Source: the human T2T-CHM13v2.0 reference genome, Homo sapiens
Reading direction: 5' to 3'
NCBI GenBank assembly: GCA_009914755.4
Contig: CP068257.2
Location: 41,088,001-41,152,000 of the forward strand
DNA: 64,000 bases
Position numbers and translations under genes: made by a program. Shown in pieces: positions 1-14,893 of the stretch (position 1 is the first letter of the stretch; each line of letters starts with the position of its first letter). Under the pieces are notes generated by a model. It was not told the origin of the DNA. It did no database searches and saw nothing but the letters and a program-made list of their open reading frames with translations.

Positions 1-27
1 AGTTACTTGGGCCGCTGTGTTACAATC

Positions 28-401
<374 letters not shown>

Positions 402-1914
402 TAAAATGCCATTTAAGTGCCTATTTTGATGACTTTTGAAAAATGTGTACACCCTTGTAACCATCACCAAAATCAAGACATTTGCACCACCTAGAAAAGC
501 TCTCTCTTGCCCCCTCCAGTGTGTCTCAGTCCACAACGGACCTGCTTTCTGACATCATCCATGAGATTTCTTTTTGAGAGTTTCATATATAAGAAATTAC
601 ATGGTATATGTACTCTTTTTGACTCAACATAATGTTTTTGAGATCCATCCATGTGCTGTGTGTAGAGACAGTTCATGCTTTGTATTGCTAAGTGGTATCC
701 CATGGTGTAGGTTGTACCACAGGGCGTCTTCCATTCACTGTGGATGGACATTTGGGTTGTTACCAGTCTGGGGGCTTTTAAGAATAAGGCTGCTGTGAGC
801 ATTAAAGTACAAGTATTGGTGGAAACGTATATTTTTATATATTTCATTTCACTTGGCTAAATACCTATGATACCTATAACCTTGCCAACTTTTTTATACA
901 GTTAAACATATACTTAACCGTCTTCCCTAAGAGTGGATATAAGAGTCTGTAGAGTGTTCCCCAGTCTGGGTTTGTCTGACGTTTCTCTCACGACCAGCCT
1001 GGGTGTGGTGGGTTTTGGAAGGAATACGTGGGGCGCATGACAGCCAGGTAGGACCACGAGCTTCTCCACTGCAGAGTTACTGTTGATCTCCTTCCCTGCT
1101 CTTCTTTGAAAGCAAGTCACGAAGTCCAGCCCACCCAAACAGAGGAGAGAAAAACCGAGGTTCGTTTTCTCTACACAGATATTCATTTCTCCAGCACCAT
1201 TTGTTGAAAAGATGATCTTTTCTCCCACTGAATTACCATGACACCTTTGTGGAAAATCGATGGGCCATGTATGTGTGAGTCTTTTTCTGGACTCCAGATC
1301 CTGTCGTGTGAATTTACATGTCTTAAAACAACAGCACACCATCTTGACTACCGTAGATAAATAGTAGGTCTTGAAATCAGGTACTCTAAGTTATCTCTGG
1401 TTTCTTTTTTCTTTTTCAAAAATGTTATTGCTTTTATTTTCAAATAAATTTTAGAATCAGTCTATGAATTGCTTCCAAAAAAACAGTCTGCTAGGATTTT
1501 GACTGAAGTTGCATTAAATATACAGACCAATGTGGGAAGAATTAATATCTTAAGAATGTTGAGTCTTCTGGTTCATAAATATGGTCTATCTCCCCATTCA
1601 TTTGGGTTTCCTTTAATGTTTCTCAATAATGTGTTACCATTGTTAATATGAAGTACTTAATAAATACTGATAAATACATCACTATTTCATGTATTTAATG
1701 GTACTGCAAATGGACTTTTTTTTCATTTCAATTTCCGGTAGTTTTTAGTTTATAGGAATTGGCTTCTGTATGGGACCTTGCTAAACTCATTTATTAGGTC
1801 TAGTACCTTTTTGCAGATTTCCTGTGATTCTATAGATGATTTTCTTATAGTGCTGGTCTTCTGACAACAAATTCCTTCTGCTTTTGTCTGAAAAAGCTTT
1901 TCTTTGCTGTTTTG

Positions 1915-2206
1915 CTTTTTTTTTTTTTCAAAGAGAGAGAGAGATAAAGTCTTTGTCTGTTGCCCAGGCTGGAGTGCAGTGATGCGGTCATAGCTCACGA
2001 CAGCCTTGACCTCCTAGGCTGAAGCAATCCTCCCTCCTCAGCCTCCCAAGTAGCTGGGACTATAGGCACACACCACCATGCCCGGCGAATTTTTTAAGTT
2101 TTTATAGGGACAAGGTCTTACAGTATTGCCCAGGCTGGTCTCAAACTCCTAAACTCAAGTAATCCTCCCTCCCTGAGATTACAGACGTGAGCCACCATGC
2201 CCGACT
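1915..2206 (-). mobile_element. Alu SINE.
   Basis: Poly-T, then gcccaggctggagtgcagtg ... ends cacgtgagccaccatgcccgac. Confidence 0.85.
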
Positions 2207-4916
2207 GACAGTGTTTTTATTTCATCTTCATTTTGAAAGGGTATTTTCTTGCCATAGAGAATTTTAGTTTCACAGTTTTCCAGCACTGTGAATATGTCTT
2301 CTCATTGTGTTTTAGCTAGTACAGCTTCTAATGAGAAGTCTGTGATGTCTTATCTTTGTTCCTCTGTGTGCAATGTGTCTTTTTCCCTCTGGCAACTTAA
2401 GATGTTTTCTTTATCACTGGTTTGCAGGAATTTGATTATGATGGCCTTGGTGTGGTTTTCTTTTGGTTTAACCTGCTTGGTGTTCATTGATCTTCTTGGA
2501 ACTTTGGGATCATATTTTTCATGAAATTTGGAATTTTTTCTGCTCTCCTCTGTCTCTCTCCTTTCCCCTGGGACCCTAACTACCTGAATGATAGACAGCC
2601 TGAGAGCGTCCCCTGACTCACTCACACTGTTTCTTTCTTTCCAGACCTTTTTTTCTGTTTGCTTTATTTTTCTTAGACTTTTCCGTGACGTCTTCCATTG
2701 CACTGGTCTTCCCTCCTGCAGTATCTAGTCTGCTGTTAATCTCGTTCAGTGAAATTTTCATTTCAGATATTGCATTCTTCATCCCTAGGAATTATGTTTC
2801 CCTCCTTTTTCGTATCTCCCATTTTTACATCTCCCATTTATGCCTCATTATGTTTATATTTCCTGTAAATGCTTATACCTCATTATAATTCTGTTTCATG
2901 CCATTGTCTGCTGGTTTCCTCCTCTCTGCCATATCCGAGTCTGTCTCTGTTGATTGATTTATCTCCTGGGTATGGGTCATATTTTTCTGATTCTCGTGAA
3001 TCTAGTAGATCTTGATGGAATGCTGATCACAGGAATGCACGCTGGTTCATCATCTGGTTTTGTTTCTCCCAGTTAAGAGTGTTGGGCTTTGCCTTGGCAA
3101 GCAGTTAAGTTACTTGCACATCAGTTTGATGCCTTTGAGCCCCACCTTTAAGCTTTGTGAGAATGGCTCTAGAGGGCCCTTACCCCAGGGATAGCTCAGT
3201 CCTACTAAGACTTGATCCCTTTGGGGTCTCCCCCAAACTCCTGGCTGATCACCAAATTCCACTCTGGCTGTTTAGAGTGCAAATGTTTGGAGATGAGAAT
3301 GAAAGCGCCAGGGCCTTGAAGGTCGTTGCAAGGATGCTGGCTTTTATGCTGAGTGGCGTGGGCAGCTATTAGAAGGCTTTCAGGAGAGGAGTGACATCAT
3401 CACATTTGTGTTTTAAATCTTGCTCAGGGCGCTGGGTCGAGATCACGAAAGGGAAGTGGCAGCAAAGGTGGAGGCAGAGAAATCCAAGAGGAAGCTATTT
3501 TTTTGGGAGGAGGCGGAGGCCTAGGCCGGGGTGGGGGCCATGGAGGTGATGAGGAGCGCAGGTTCCAGCAGGTTCTAAAGGAAGAGACAAGCTTTTTCCT
3601 AAGTGGAAGCGGGATATAGAGACCCATCCGGGGCTTCTTTGACCTGAGCACTGAGCGCCACGGCCCAGGGAGGGGGTTGCTGCGGGTGGGCTTGGTCTGC
3701 TCATCAGACATCAGGTGCATGAGGAGCAGGCAGAGTCAGGGCAGGCGGCCTCTCGGCTGTCGGCTCCCAATGGATGGTGTTGAAGTCTGGGACTTGGTGA
3801 GGCCAGCAGGGAGTGAGTGAGCACCAGCAGGAGGGGCCAGGCCTGAGCCGGACGGAGACCGAACCCATCCGTGGGAGAAGGACGCTGGTGACAGGACACC
3901 ATCGGGAGCAGAGGGGAAGCCATAAAGCCCTGGAGGCAGGAAGAGGCAAAGGCTGGCCGGGTGTGGGTGAGGTGCTGCAGGGCTCTCGCAGGCCAGCGAA
4001 GACAGGCGAGATGGCTGTGCTCAGAGTTAGAAGAGCATCGCTGGGAGCAGAGGAAAGAGGGATTTCTGTGTCACCTGGGGGCCCATCCAGGACCAGTGGG
4101 AGATGGAGTTGGGCTCATTGAGGGAAAGAGGTGAATGGAAGGAAGTTGGAACCAGCTGTCCTAAGGCCGGAGCTGCTCCTCCCTGGAGGACTCCGGCAAA
4201 GGCTGCTGGCCTTGGGCTGTGCGGGCACCCAGTGGCTGAGAGATCGTTGCCCTCTGCAGCCCTCCTGCAACTTGGATCCTAGGAGCCACAAAGAGGCTTG
4301 AAAAATAATCCATCCTGAGAAACACAAAGGCTCACATTAAACTTCGCATCGTAAAGTTTTGAGTAAAAGAACAATAAGGGGCATTTCTGCTAAAGGTGCC
4401 AGGATGAGAAAAAGCAGGAAACAGTGCTGCACCGCCAGGCTCTGCACCGTCTCTACAGAGGGCTGGGGTTGGTTCAGGAGCATTCGGCCCAGGCTGTGAT
4501 CTCGAGAAGGTGGTCAGGGCCCAGGCTCCCGCCAGCCCTCACGGCAGCACGAGGCTGGTACGAGACAGGTGCTTCAGGTGTTTGTTGAGAGCTGCACACA
4601 CTTCTGCTGGGCTGGGCAAGACTTCCCTCTTCAGAGAGGATGAGCGGCCACACGGAAGGCCAGGCTGGGTGTCCCTCCGGGCCAGCCGAGGAGCGCTGCG
4701 CTTATTCCGCAGTGAGGAGTCGCTGGCTGTCCAGGGGAGCTGCATTTTCCTAGCAGCGACAACCCCTCCCACATCTCCATAGTCACATCCTGGCTGGGCT
4801 AACACCATCTTTCCCCGCCTCTGGGTGCGTGGGGACCCCGCTCTCCAAATAGGCCAGTGTTCCAGGCTTTTCTTTAGGAGACAAAGTCGGTGTCAGGTAG
4901 ACCCCCCCCACCCCAC

Positions 4917-4918
<2 letters not shown>

Positions 4919-4958
<40 letters not shown>
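4919..4958. repeat. (CA)19 dinucleotide microsatellite.
   Basis: An uninterrupted cacacaca run. Confidence 0.95.
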
Positions 4959-4959
<1 letters not shown>

Positions 4960-6852
4960 CTTTCCTGAGAAATGTGTTTACAGAACATTTTTTCCATTTG
5001 GGGTTTGTCCTTAGGAATTCTTCACTCTCTCTATGGCAACAACCTTCCCTCTCCCGTCCATCGGCCTTGGGTCCCAGAGCCACTGAGCCGTGGCCCAAGG
5101 TCAGGAGTTAGCTCTAGCGACGCCGCCCTGAGTTCTGGCCTGTAAGCAACCCCAGGTGCCCTTGTGAATCAACAGACCACATTTCCAGTGGCAGAAAAGG
5201 AAATGGGAGCTGTTTCTAGACTAGCACAAGGCTCAGGGGGTGGGGGGTGGGGGCAGGGTGCAGGGAGGCCAACGCCACACAGCCCCACACCCAGCCTTTC
5301 CCAAGGCCCTGGGTTCCTCACTGATTCTCAGCAGGTTTCAGTAAATGCCTCTAACGGGCCCGGTGGAACTGTGCAATGCAGAAACACCCCAGGGTTTTGC
5401 TGTTTTGCTACTTAAATATTCAGGAAATAGTAAAGAGAAGAGTATTATCAAAAACGTGACTTTTCATAGAAAAGGGAGAATAGGCCAGCCCTGGCCTGGG
5501 TCCACAACCCCAGTGTGAGCTGCAGAGACTTCTCTGGAGCGGTGAACAGCTCCTGCCAGGAAAGAGCATGGCACAGCCTCGTTCTCCAGCGTAGAGTAGA
5601 AGGAATGGCCCCGTCCACGTGAAGGTCTGTGTTCACCAAGCATCTTCTGTAGAAAAATGCTCTCTTCGCCTGATCATGGGAGGGAATCAAATGGATAGAG
5701 CATTTCTCCCTTTTGTGACTAAAATAAAGGTAATAGCAACTACAAAAACCACGACACAGGCTTCTCAGCATCTTTTTATAACGATAGTGCTGATTTTTTG
5801 GAAAATCCTTGAGCCTCAATCACTTTTATTTGATGTAAGCCGCTCAAACTCAAAGAGTGTTGTTTTCCAGATTATAAAACACAGATCTCAGCTGATGGCG
5901 GTTGACGGGTGTCCCCCGAGTGCCCTCGGCTGCCAGGAGCTGGCAGGGGAGATGCCTGTGATGAGGATTGGGTGCTGTGATCACAGCACGCGGGAAAAGG
6001 ACAGGGCCTCCCTCAGCGTGGCAGATCGCGTGGGTCCATGGGTCCGTGTGATCTCATGACCGTATCAAGGGGATTGTGTCTTTTTGACCAGAGCGTTAGG
6101 GAAAGCGTGCTGCAGTCACACGCCAGGACGGCCCCCCACGGCCCAAGTCCTATAGGAGAGCCAGGGGCCATCACGATTTTCTTAGGCACAGCAGCAGTTG
6201 AACCGTGCTGTCACACTTAACCCAAGTGATGACAGCCTCTTCAACTAGGACAGTGCTGTAGGGGTCTGGTTCTGCTTGTTCTCCCCCACATTCCTGCCTG
6301 CCCTAGGACCCAGGACCTGTCTCTAGTCACACACACCCTGTTCAGCCTCTGCATCTGGCCCCCGCGGAGACCCACACCACATTCTACTCCCCTGGCCAGA
6401 GACCGAGGGTGACTCGGAGGCTTCCAGTTCCCAGCAGCTTTATTGGCGTTGCTGTTTCCATAGAAGGACAATAAAAGGGGGCCATAAGGAGGCACATCCG
6501 CAGAGTGTGTGCTTGAGCTTCTGCAAGCCAGAGGAGGCCGGCGGCCGGCAGGGTGGGCAGGCTGGCTGGCTGTGCCCCACAACATGCATGTGGAGAGGTT
6601 TTGGGGGCAGCCATGGAACCCCGGAGCTGCCCCCACATGAGAGTTCCCCCAGGTGGTGACCAAATGCATTTACAGTCCAGCCGCAGTCCAGATGCAGACG
6701 CGCTGTAACTGTAGAACACACAGCAAATTCTGAAGGCTTAGTATGAAAAAGAATATAAAAATCTCAGTCATTTTTATATTGATTTCATGTTTCCTGGTTG
6801 AGATGTCATTGATATAACATAAAGCCCACCATTTTAAAGTGTACAACCTCAG

Positions 6853-7144
6853 CCAGGCATGGTGGCTCACGCCTGTAATCCCAGCACTCTGGGAGGCTGA
6901 GGCGGGCAGATCACCTGAGGTCAGGAGTTTGAGACCAGACTGGCCAACATGGTGAAACCCTGTCTCTACTAAAAATACAAAAATTAGCCGGGTGTGGTGG
7001 TGCACATCTGTAATCCTAGCTACTTGGAAGGCTGAGGCAGGAGAATCGCTTGAACCTGGGGGTAGAGGTTGCAGCAAGCCGAGATCACACCACTGCACTC
7101 TAGCCTGGGTGACACAGTGAGACTCTATCTCAAAAAAAAAAAAA
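6853..7144 (+). mobile_element. Alu SINE with 13-bp TSD tgtacaacctcag.
   Basis: Full Alu with an A13 tail. The TSD lies at 6840-6852 and 7146-7158. Confidence 0.9.
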
Positions 7145-9036
7145 TTGTACAACCTCAGTCTTTTTTAGTGTCTTCATTTTGTTGTGCAACCATCACCACT
7201 ATTTAATTCCAGAACATTTCCATCAACCCAAAAAGAATCCCTGTACCTGTGAGCAGTCCCCCCTCCATCCCCTTCACCCCCCAGCCCCTGGCAGGCCCTG
7301 TTCTCTGTCCTGTGCATTCTGACCTTTCACATAACAGAATCCGTGGCCTTTCCAGCCTGGCTTCTTCCACTTTGCACACGGTGTTGCAGGCTCCCCGCGT
7401 TGTGGCATATGACAGCTCTTTGTTCCTTTATGGCTGGATGACGTTCCGTTGCGTGGCTGCGTCCTGTGGCTGCATTGTGTGGCTGTGTCACGTGGCTACG
7501 TCACGTTTGGTTGATCCGTTCATCAGCTGATGGACATTTGGGCTGTTTCCACAAAGGCTCTTGTGAATGATGCTGCTGCAAACGTTTGTGTGCAAATTTT
7601 TGTATGAAAGATACATGGTGAAATGAGGTATTTTGAGGTACATTGGATTAAATGAGATATTAAAAATTTTTTTAAAGTCTAGCCGTCTTGAAGGGGAGGG
7701 CCTGAGAGAAGTGCTGAAAGTTCACAGCAGAGGATACCGGATGCTGCGGGTGTGCCAGGCTGGCCTGTCCAGGAGGTCCCTGCAGCCTGGGTGGGAGGTC
7801 CCTTACCCACTAATGGGTGCCTCCTCCAACCCCTGAGTCCCCCTACCTGAGGACTTCCTCTGTGTGTGGCATACGCGGCTGCCCCGAGGTCAGTCCTCCC
7901 CAGTGAAAGGGAGCTGAAGGACAGGTGCCCAGCTTCTTTGCTCCACAGTGGGACCAATCTCTGACATCATCAATGCAGTTGCTCAAAGGGAGCTCAGAGC
8001 GAGGAGTCACCTGTACATCAACTCACCCTCTGGGAGCTCTCTTCCCTTCCATGCCTCAATCCCCCACTCCCTCCCAGGGCTTCCTGGGCTGGCCTCCAAA
8101 TGCACCACTAGCCCCCAGCTCCTTGTCTCCGGTGGGCTTTTGAGGATTTCCAACTAAGAACCTTAGACTCCAAGACAGGTCAAGCCCCCTGGCATACTCA
8201 TTTGTCATTTGGATGAAATAGCCTTAGGAGAGCTACTTAACCCCACTGAACTTCCATTTCCCTGACAAAATAGGAATTCTAATGCATACCTTGCATGGTT
8301 CTTGGAGGATAAATGAAGTAATTTATGCAAAATGCTGAGCACAGTGCCTGCCACTTGGTAAGCGCCCAGTAAATGGTTGTTATCATTGAAAATGACTTAG
8401 GGGGCATTTTTGAATGGCTAAAGTTATGTCTCTCTGGAATTGCTGAATTTTAATAGAACAGGAATGCTTCCTAAGGTCTAAAACAAAAGGCGGAGGACTG
8501 GCTGTGTCTGCCCTGGAAGCCAAGTTAATGCTGGATGTCTGCGCATAGACATGTTGCTCATGAGAAATAATAATGCTCCTTAATAATATTGTCTATTTCA
8601 GTGCAATTTCAGTCTAGAAGGCTTTATAAGCAAAGCCACAGTCATCCTTACTTGCATTTTTTTGAAACAAAAAGACTGCAGTGTATAAATGAAAAATAAC
8701 CATTTCTGGAATGGTGTGTTCAGACGGATTCCCCTTAGAGTAGCCTAGCCAACAAAGACAGCAGCAGCCCTTAGCGTGCCACTGTCAGAGATATTGATGG
8801 CAAACAGTAATACGGAAGCCTGCGGAATGGAAGTGTCCTGACGGCAGATTTGAGTAAAATGGAGATGATGACAGCTGAACATTGCTGCACGGACCTCAAG
8901 ACTGCAAACGTTAGGACTGCCCTCCCTGCTCCTAGGCATTTGTGAGAACCAGGCCAACCCATACCCACCCACTGCTGTGTCCTGCCTGACTGCACTGAAA
9001 TGCACAGATCCTGTGGGTGCAGTTTGATGAGTTTTG

Positions 9037-9359
<323 letters not shown>

Positions 9360-9364
9360 TGATA

Positions 9365-9960
9365 GAAGTGCATGTGTTAGATCTTTCAGGAATCACCACC
9401 CAAACCAGAAATACCATTTGACCCAGCAATGACGTTTATATATATACCCAAAGGAATATAAATCATTCTATTATAAAGATATATCTACATGTATGTTCAT
9501 TGTAGCACTATTCACAATAGCAAAGAGATAGTATCAATCCAAATGCCCATCAATGATAGATTGGATAAAGAAAATGTGGTACATATACACCATGGAATAC
9601 TATGCAGCCATAAAAAGGAACAAGATCATGTCCTTTGCAGTGACATAGACAGAGCTGGAAGCCATTATCCTCAGCAAATTAATGCAGGAACAGAAAACCA
9701 AACACCACATGTTCTCACTTATAAGTGGGAGCTGGACAATGAGAACACATGGACACAGGGAGGGGAATAACACACACTGGGGCCTGTTGGGAGGGTTGGG
9801 GGAGGGAGAGCATCAGGATAAATAGCTAATGCATGCTGGGCTTAATACCTAGGTGATGGGTTGACAGGTGCAGCAAACCACCATGACACACGTTTACCTG
9901 TGTAACATCCCTGCATGTCCTGCACATGTATCCCAGAACTTAAAATTAAATTAAATTTTT
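9365..9960 (+). mobile_element. L1 (L1PA-like) 3' end, covering the ORF2 C-terminus plus 3' UTR.
   Basis: Plus-strand ORF 9489-9770 reads MYVHCSTIHNSKE...MEYYAAIK.. like the L1 ORF2 C-terminus. It is followed by the typical L1 3' UTR (ggggcctgttgggagggttggggg...ctaatgcatgctgggcttaatacctaggtgatgggttgac). Confidence 0.85.
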
Positions 9961-10591
9961 TAAAAGTGCACGTGCATGTAACCGCCACCACAATCAAGAC
10001 AGAGGACATTTCCATCACCCTAGAAAAATGTCCCCGTACCCCCTTCAAGGCAGTCCTCACTGTGGAGTGCTCTGCCTATTTTTGAGTTTCACGGAGTTGA
10101 AATCATACAGCACGAGCTCTTTGTGTCTGGACTCTTTCACTCAACATCATTTTTGTTTGTTTGTTTGTGTGTGTGTGCGTTTGTTTTTTGAGACAGGGTC
10201 TCACGCCTGTTGCCCAGGCTGGGGTGTGAGGCACAATCATGGCTCACTGCAGCCTCGACCTCCTGGGCTCAGGTGATCCTCCCACCTCAGCCTCCGAGTA
10301 GAGACATGTTGCCCACGCTGGTGTCGAACTCCTGGGCTAAAGCAATCCGCATCATGATGTTTGTAAGATCCATTCGTGCAGTTATTTCCTTTTGCACTGC
10401 TGAGCACTGCATGCCTCGCTCATTCATTCTTCTGTGGAGGGACATTTGGGTCATTTCCAGTTTAGGGTTCGGCTACTAGAATTATTGTACAAGTCTTATT
10501 GTGGGCATCCTTGTCCATGATCTTGGGTCCACCTAGGAGTTAAATGGCTGGCTCATATGCTGTGTTTGTTTAACTTAAGACTTACTTGTTA

Positions 10592-11039
<448 letters not shown>

Positions 11040-11193
11040 TTAGACATTCGAGTAGGTGTAAGAGCAATCCTATCTTCTTATAGTTTTAATTTGCATTTCC
11101 AAGTAACTTAATGATGTTGAACATGTTGCTATGTCTTATTGACTATTTGAATGTCATATTTTGTGTAGTGTCTGTTCAACAATACTTTGCTCA

Positions 11194-11482
11194 GGCCAGG
11201 TCCGGTGGCTCACGCCTGTAATCCTAGCTCTTTGGAAGGCCAAGGTGGGTGGATTACCTGCGGTCAAGAGTTCGAGACCAGCCTGACCAACATGGTGAAA
11301 CCTCCTCTCTACTAAAAATACAAAAATTAGCTGGGTGTGGTGGCAGGTGCCTGTAATCCCAGGTACTCGAGAGGCTGAGGCAGGAGAATCGCTTGAACCC
11401 AGGAGGTGGATGTTGCAGTAAGCTGAGATCGCGCCTTGCACTCCAGCCTGGGTGACAGAGCAAAAGCTGCATCTCAAAAAAA
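11194..11482 (+). mobile_element. Alu SINE.
   Basis: Starts GGCCAGGTCCGGTGGCTCACGCC and ends in an A-rich tail. Confidence 0.88.
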
Positions 11483-11742
11483 ATATGTAAAAAGGATTTT
11501 GCTCATTTTTTAAGCTGGCTTGTATTATTTTTGTCACTGGTTTGTAGGAAACTCTACATAAGCTAGGATATAATTCATTTGTCAGATATATGTGGCAAAC
11601 ATTTTTCCCAATTTGTGATTTGCCTTTTTCGTTTTCTTAATGAGGTCATTTGATGAGCAGAGGTTTTTAATTTGGTGAATTCCATCCAATGTAACAAGTT
11701 TTTCTGTTGTGGTCAGTACTTCTTGTGTCTTCTCTAATAAGT

Positions 11743-12067
11743 TTTGTTTTTTTTTTTTTTTGAGACAAGGTTTCTTGTTGCCCAGGCTGGGGTGCAGCTG
11801 TGCGATAAGCTCACTGCAACCTCCGCCTCCCGGGTTCAAGTGATTCTCCTGCCTCAGGCTCCCGAGTAACTAGGATTACAGGCGTTTGCCACCACGCCTG
11901 GCTAATTTTTTTGTATTTTTAGTAGAGATGGGGTTTCACCATGTTGGCCAGGCTGGTCTTGAACTCCTGACCTCATGATCCACCCACCTCGGCCTCCCAA
12001 AGTGCTGAGCCACCGCACCAGGCCCCCCAAATTGCTAGGATTACAGGAGTGAGCCACCATGCCTGGC
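11743..12067 (-). mobile_element. Alu SINE (antisense) with a duplicated 5' end. It forms an inverted pair with the Alu at 11194-11482.
   Basis: Poly-T at 11743-11761. The gagccaccgcaccaggcc / gagccaccatgcctggcc ends are duplicated. Confidence 0.85.
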
Positions 12068-12069
12068 CC

Positions 12070-13420
12070 TAATAATTTTTTTTATCCCAAGGTCATGGAG
12101 ATACATTTTAGAAGATTTAGAGTTATAGCTGTTATGTTTTTTCTTAATTTAAAGAAAATTTTTAACAACCCAATCTGTTGAGATGTTATGTTTTAATCTG
12201 TCATTCATTTCAAGTTAATGTTGTGTGTGTTGTGAAGTAGAGACTGCCATTCATTTTCTTCCCCACGCTGACACCCAGCTGTTACTGCACCACTTGTTAA
12301 AAAGACTCCTTTTCCCGCTGAATCCATGGCTCCTTTGTTGAAAGTTAATGGTATCTCTGTGTTTGGGCCTCTCGCTGAACTCTGTTCTGCTTCATTGATC
12401 TATTTGTCTATCCTCACACCAACACCACACTGGCTACGTTACTGTGCCCTGGAATCAGGTACTCTAAGTTCTCCATGTGTTCTTCCTCTGCATTTGTTTT
12501 GACTGTATAGGTTCTTTTCTTTTCCCTACAAATTTTAGGATCAACTTGTCAATTTCAAAAAAAAAAGCCATCTATGACTTTGATTACTATTTTATTTACT
12601 ATATAATTTGGGGAGGGTAGTGTCTTAACCATACTGAGTCTTCCAACCCATGAACATGATACATCCCTCCACTTATTTAGGTCTCATTTAACTTCTCAAA
12701 AGGTTATGGCTTTCAAGATAAAGGTCCTTCATGTCTTCGGTTAACTTTACTCCAAAGTGTTTTCTGTTTTCTGGTTTTATTGTGAATAAGATTTCATTAA
12801 TTTTCCAATTGTTTGCTGCTAGTTTATAAAAATATAATAGATTTTTGGATGTTGGCGTTGGATCCTGTGAATTTGCTTAATTCATTGGTTAGTTCTAGTT
12901 GTTGTTTTATAGGTTCCTATAATTGTCCACAGAGACAATCATGACATCTAAGAATAATGACAGTTTTAATTATTGCATTCCAATTTTTGGCTTTTATTTC
13001 TTTTACTTGTCTTGTTGTACTAGTTGAAACTGCAATACAGTTAAATAAAAGTGAGAGCAGACGTCCTCGCCTTGTTCCCAATCTTAGAGGAGATGCCTTC
13101 GGTCTCTCACCATTACATACGATGTTAGCCACAGATTTTTTTGTGGATGCCTTTCATAAGGTTGGAAGTCCCCGTCTAATGTTAGTTTTCTGAGAGTTTT
13201 TTGTCTCATGTTCTTTGACAAAATTCTTTGTTAACTTTTATCAAATGTTCTCTCTACAGCTACTGAGGTGGGTTGAGGAGGTGTCCTCTTTTTCCTTGTT
13301 TTCTAATGGTTTTGTCCCATAAAGAGGTATTGGATTTTGTTCCAGTACCTTTCTGCATCTATGGGATGAGCATACATATGGTTTTTCTGCTTTATTCTAT
13401 TAAGATAATGAATAATACTG
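12070..13420 (-). mobile_element. Old L1 (L1M-like) fragment in antisense orientation.
   Basis: Typical antisense L1 3'-region phrases (ccatactgagtcttccaacccatgaacatg..., ttgtggatgcctttcataaggttggaagtccc). Confidence 0.6.
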
Positions 13421-13440
13421 ATTGATTTTCAAATGTTAAA

Positions 13441-13560
13441 ACCACTTTGCTTTCCTAGGGTAAATGCACTTATATTTCCAGGAAATGTTCCTAGGAAATT
13501 TCCTGGGGTAAACTCACTTGTATTTCCAGGAAATATTTCCAGGAAAATACTTGGGAATAA
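13441..13560. repeat. About 50-bp tandem duplication carrying four TTCN3-4GAA (STAT/GAS-like) palindromes.
   Basis: ttccaggaa at 13476, 13524 and 13537. ttcctaggaa at 13488. ttcctagg at 13452. Confidence 0.8.
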
Positions 13561-13621
13561 ATGTAACAAAGTATATGTAGGCCCTCTCCCTGGTGTGTTT
13601 GCTTTTTATGTATTGACTTGT

Positions 13622-13922
<301 letters not shown>

Positions 13923-14447
13923 CTTTTCATGTATTGCTAGATTTGATTTCCTAACAATTCGTTAAGAATGTGGCTGTCTATGCTTAAATGGGATATTGAT
14001 TTGTAATTTTTTTTCTTGCAGTGTCTTTGTCATGTTTTGATATTGGCCCTATAGTGGCCTCATAAAACACATTGGGAAGTTTACTTTCTTCTGTATTTTC
14101 TGAAAGATTTTATGTAATTTTGGTATTATTTTGTCCTATGTCCCTTTACACTTAATGTATTTGGGTTTTTTGTGTGTGTCTTTTTAATAGTTAATAACAA
14201 TGTATTTTATTCTTGAAAATCACTGAGAGTACATTTTGCATTCTCACCACAAAAAAAAACTATGTGGCATAATGTGTATGTTAATTCACTTGATTTAGCC
14301 ATTCTACAATGTATATATTTCAAAACATCATCTTGACCATGGGAAATGTATCTAATTTTTGTCAATTTGTTAAAACTTTTTTTTTAATTCCAATTTTTTT
14401 TTTTTTGAGGTGGAGTCTCGCTTTGTTGCCCAGGCTGGAGTGCATGA

Positions 14448-14742
<295 letters not shown>

Positions 14743-14893
14743 TGATCCACCTGCCTTGACCTCCCAAAGTGCTGGGATTACAGGTGTGAGCCACCACGCC
14801 CAGCCCCAACTTTTATTTTACGTACAGATCTAAACGTATCACATGCAGGTTTGTTATGTGGTGTGTCGCACCCAGATGGTGAGCAGAGCCCCC

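Noticed and set aside
3400-4900. GC-rich block with many overlapping ORFs (Pro/Arg-rich), as a possible exon cluster, CpG island, or LTR or MIR-type repeat.
   Set aside because: No splice-site-bounded open frames and few CpG dinucleotides. Part of it (about 4380-4700) reads like a diverged MIR-like repeat, but I could not assign any repeat family confidently by eye, so it is reported only as unannotated GC-rich intron.
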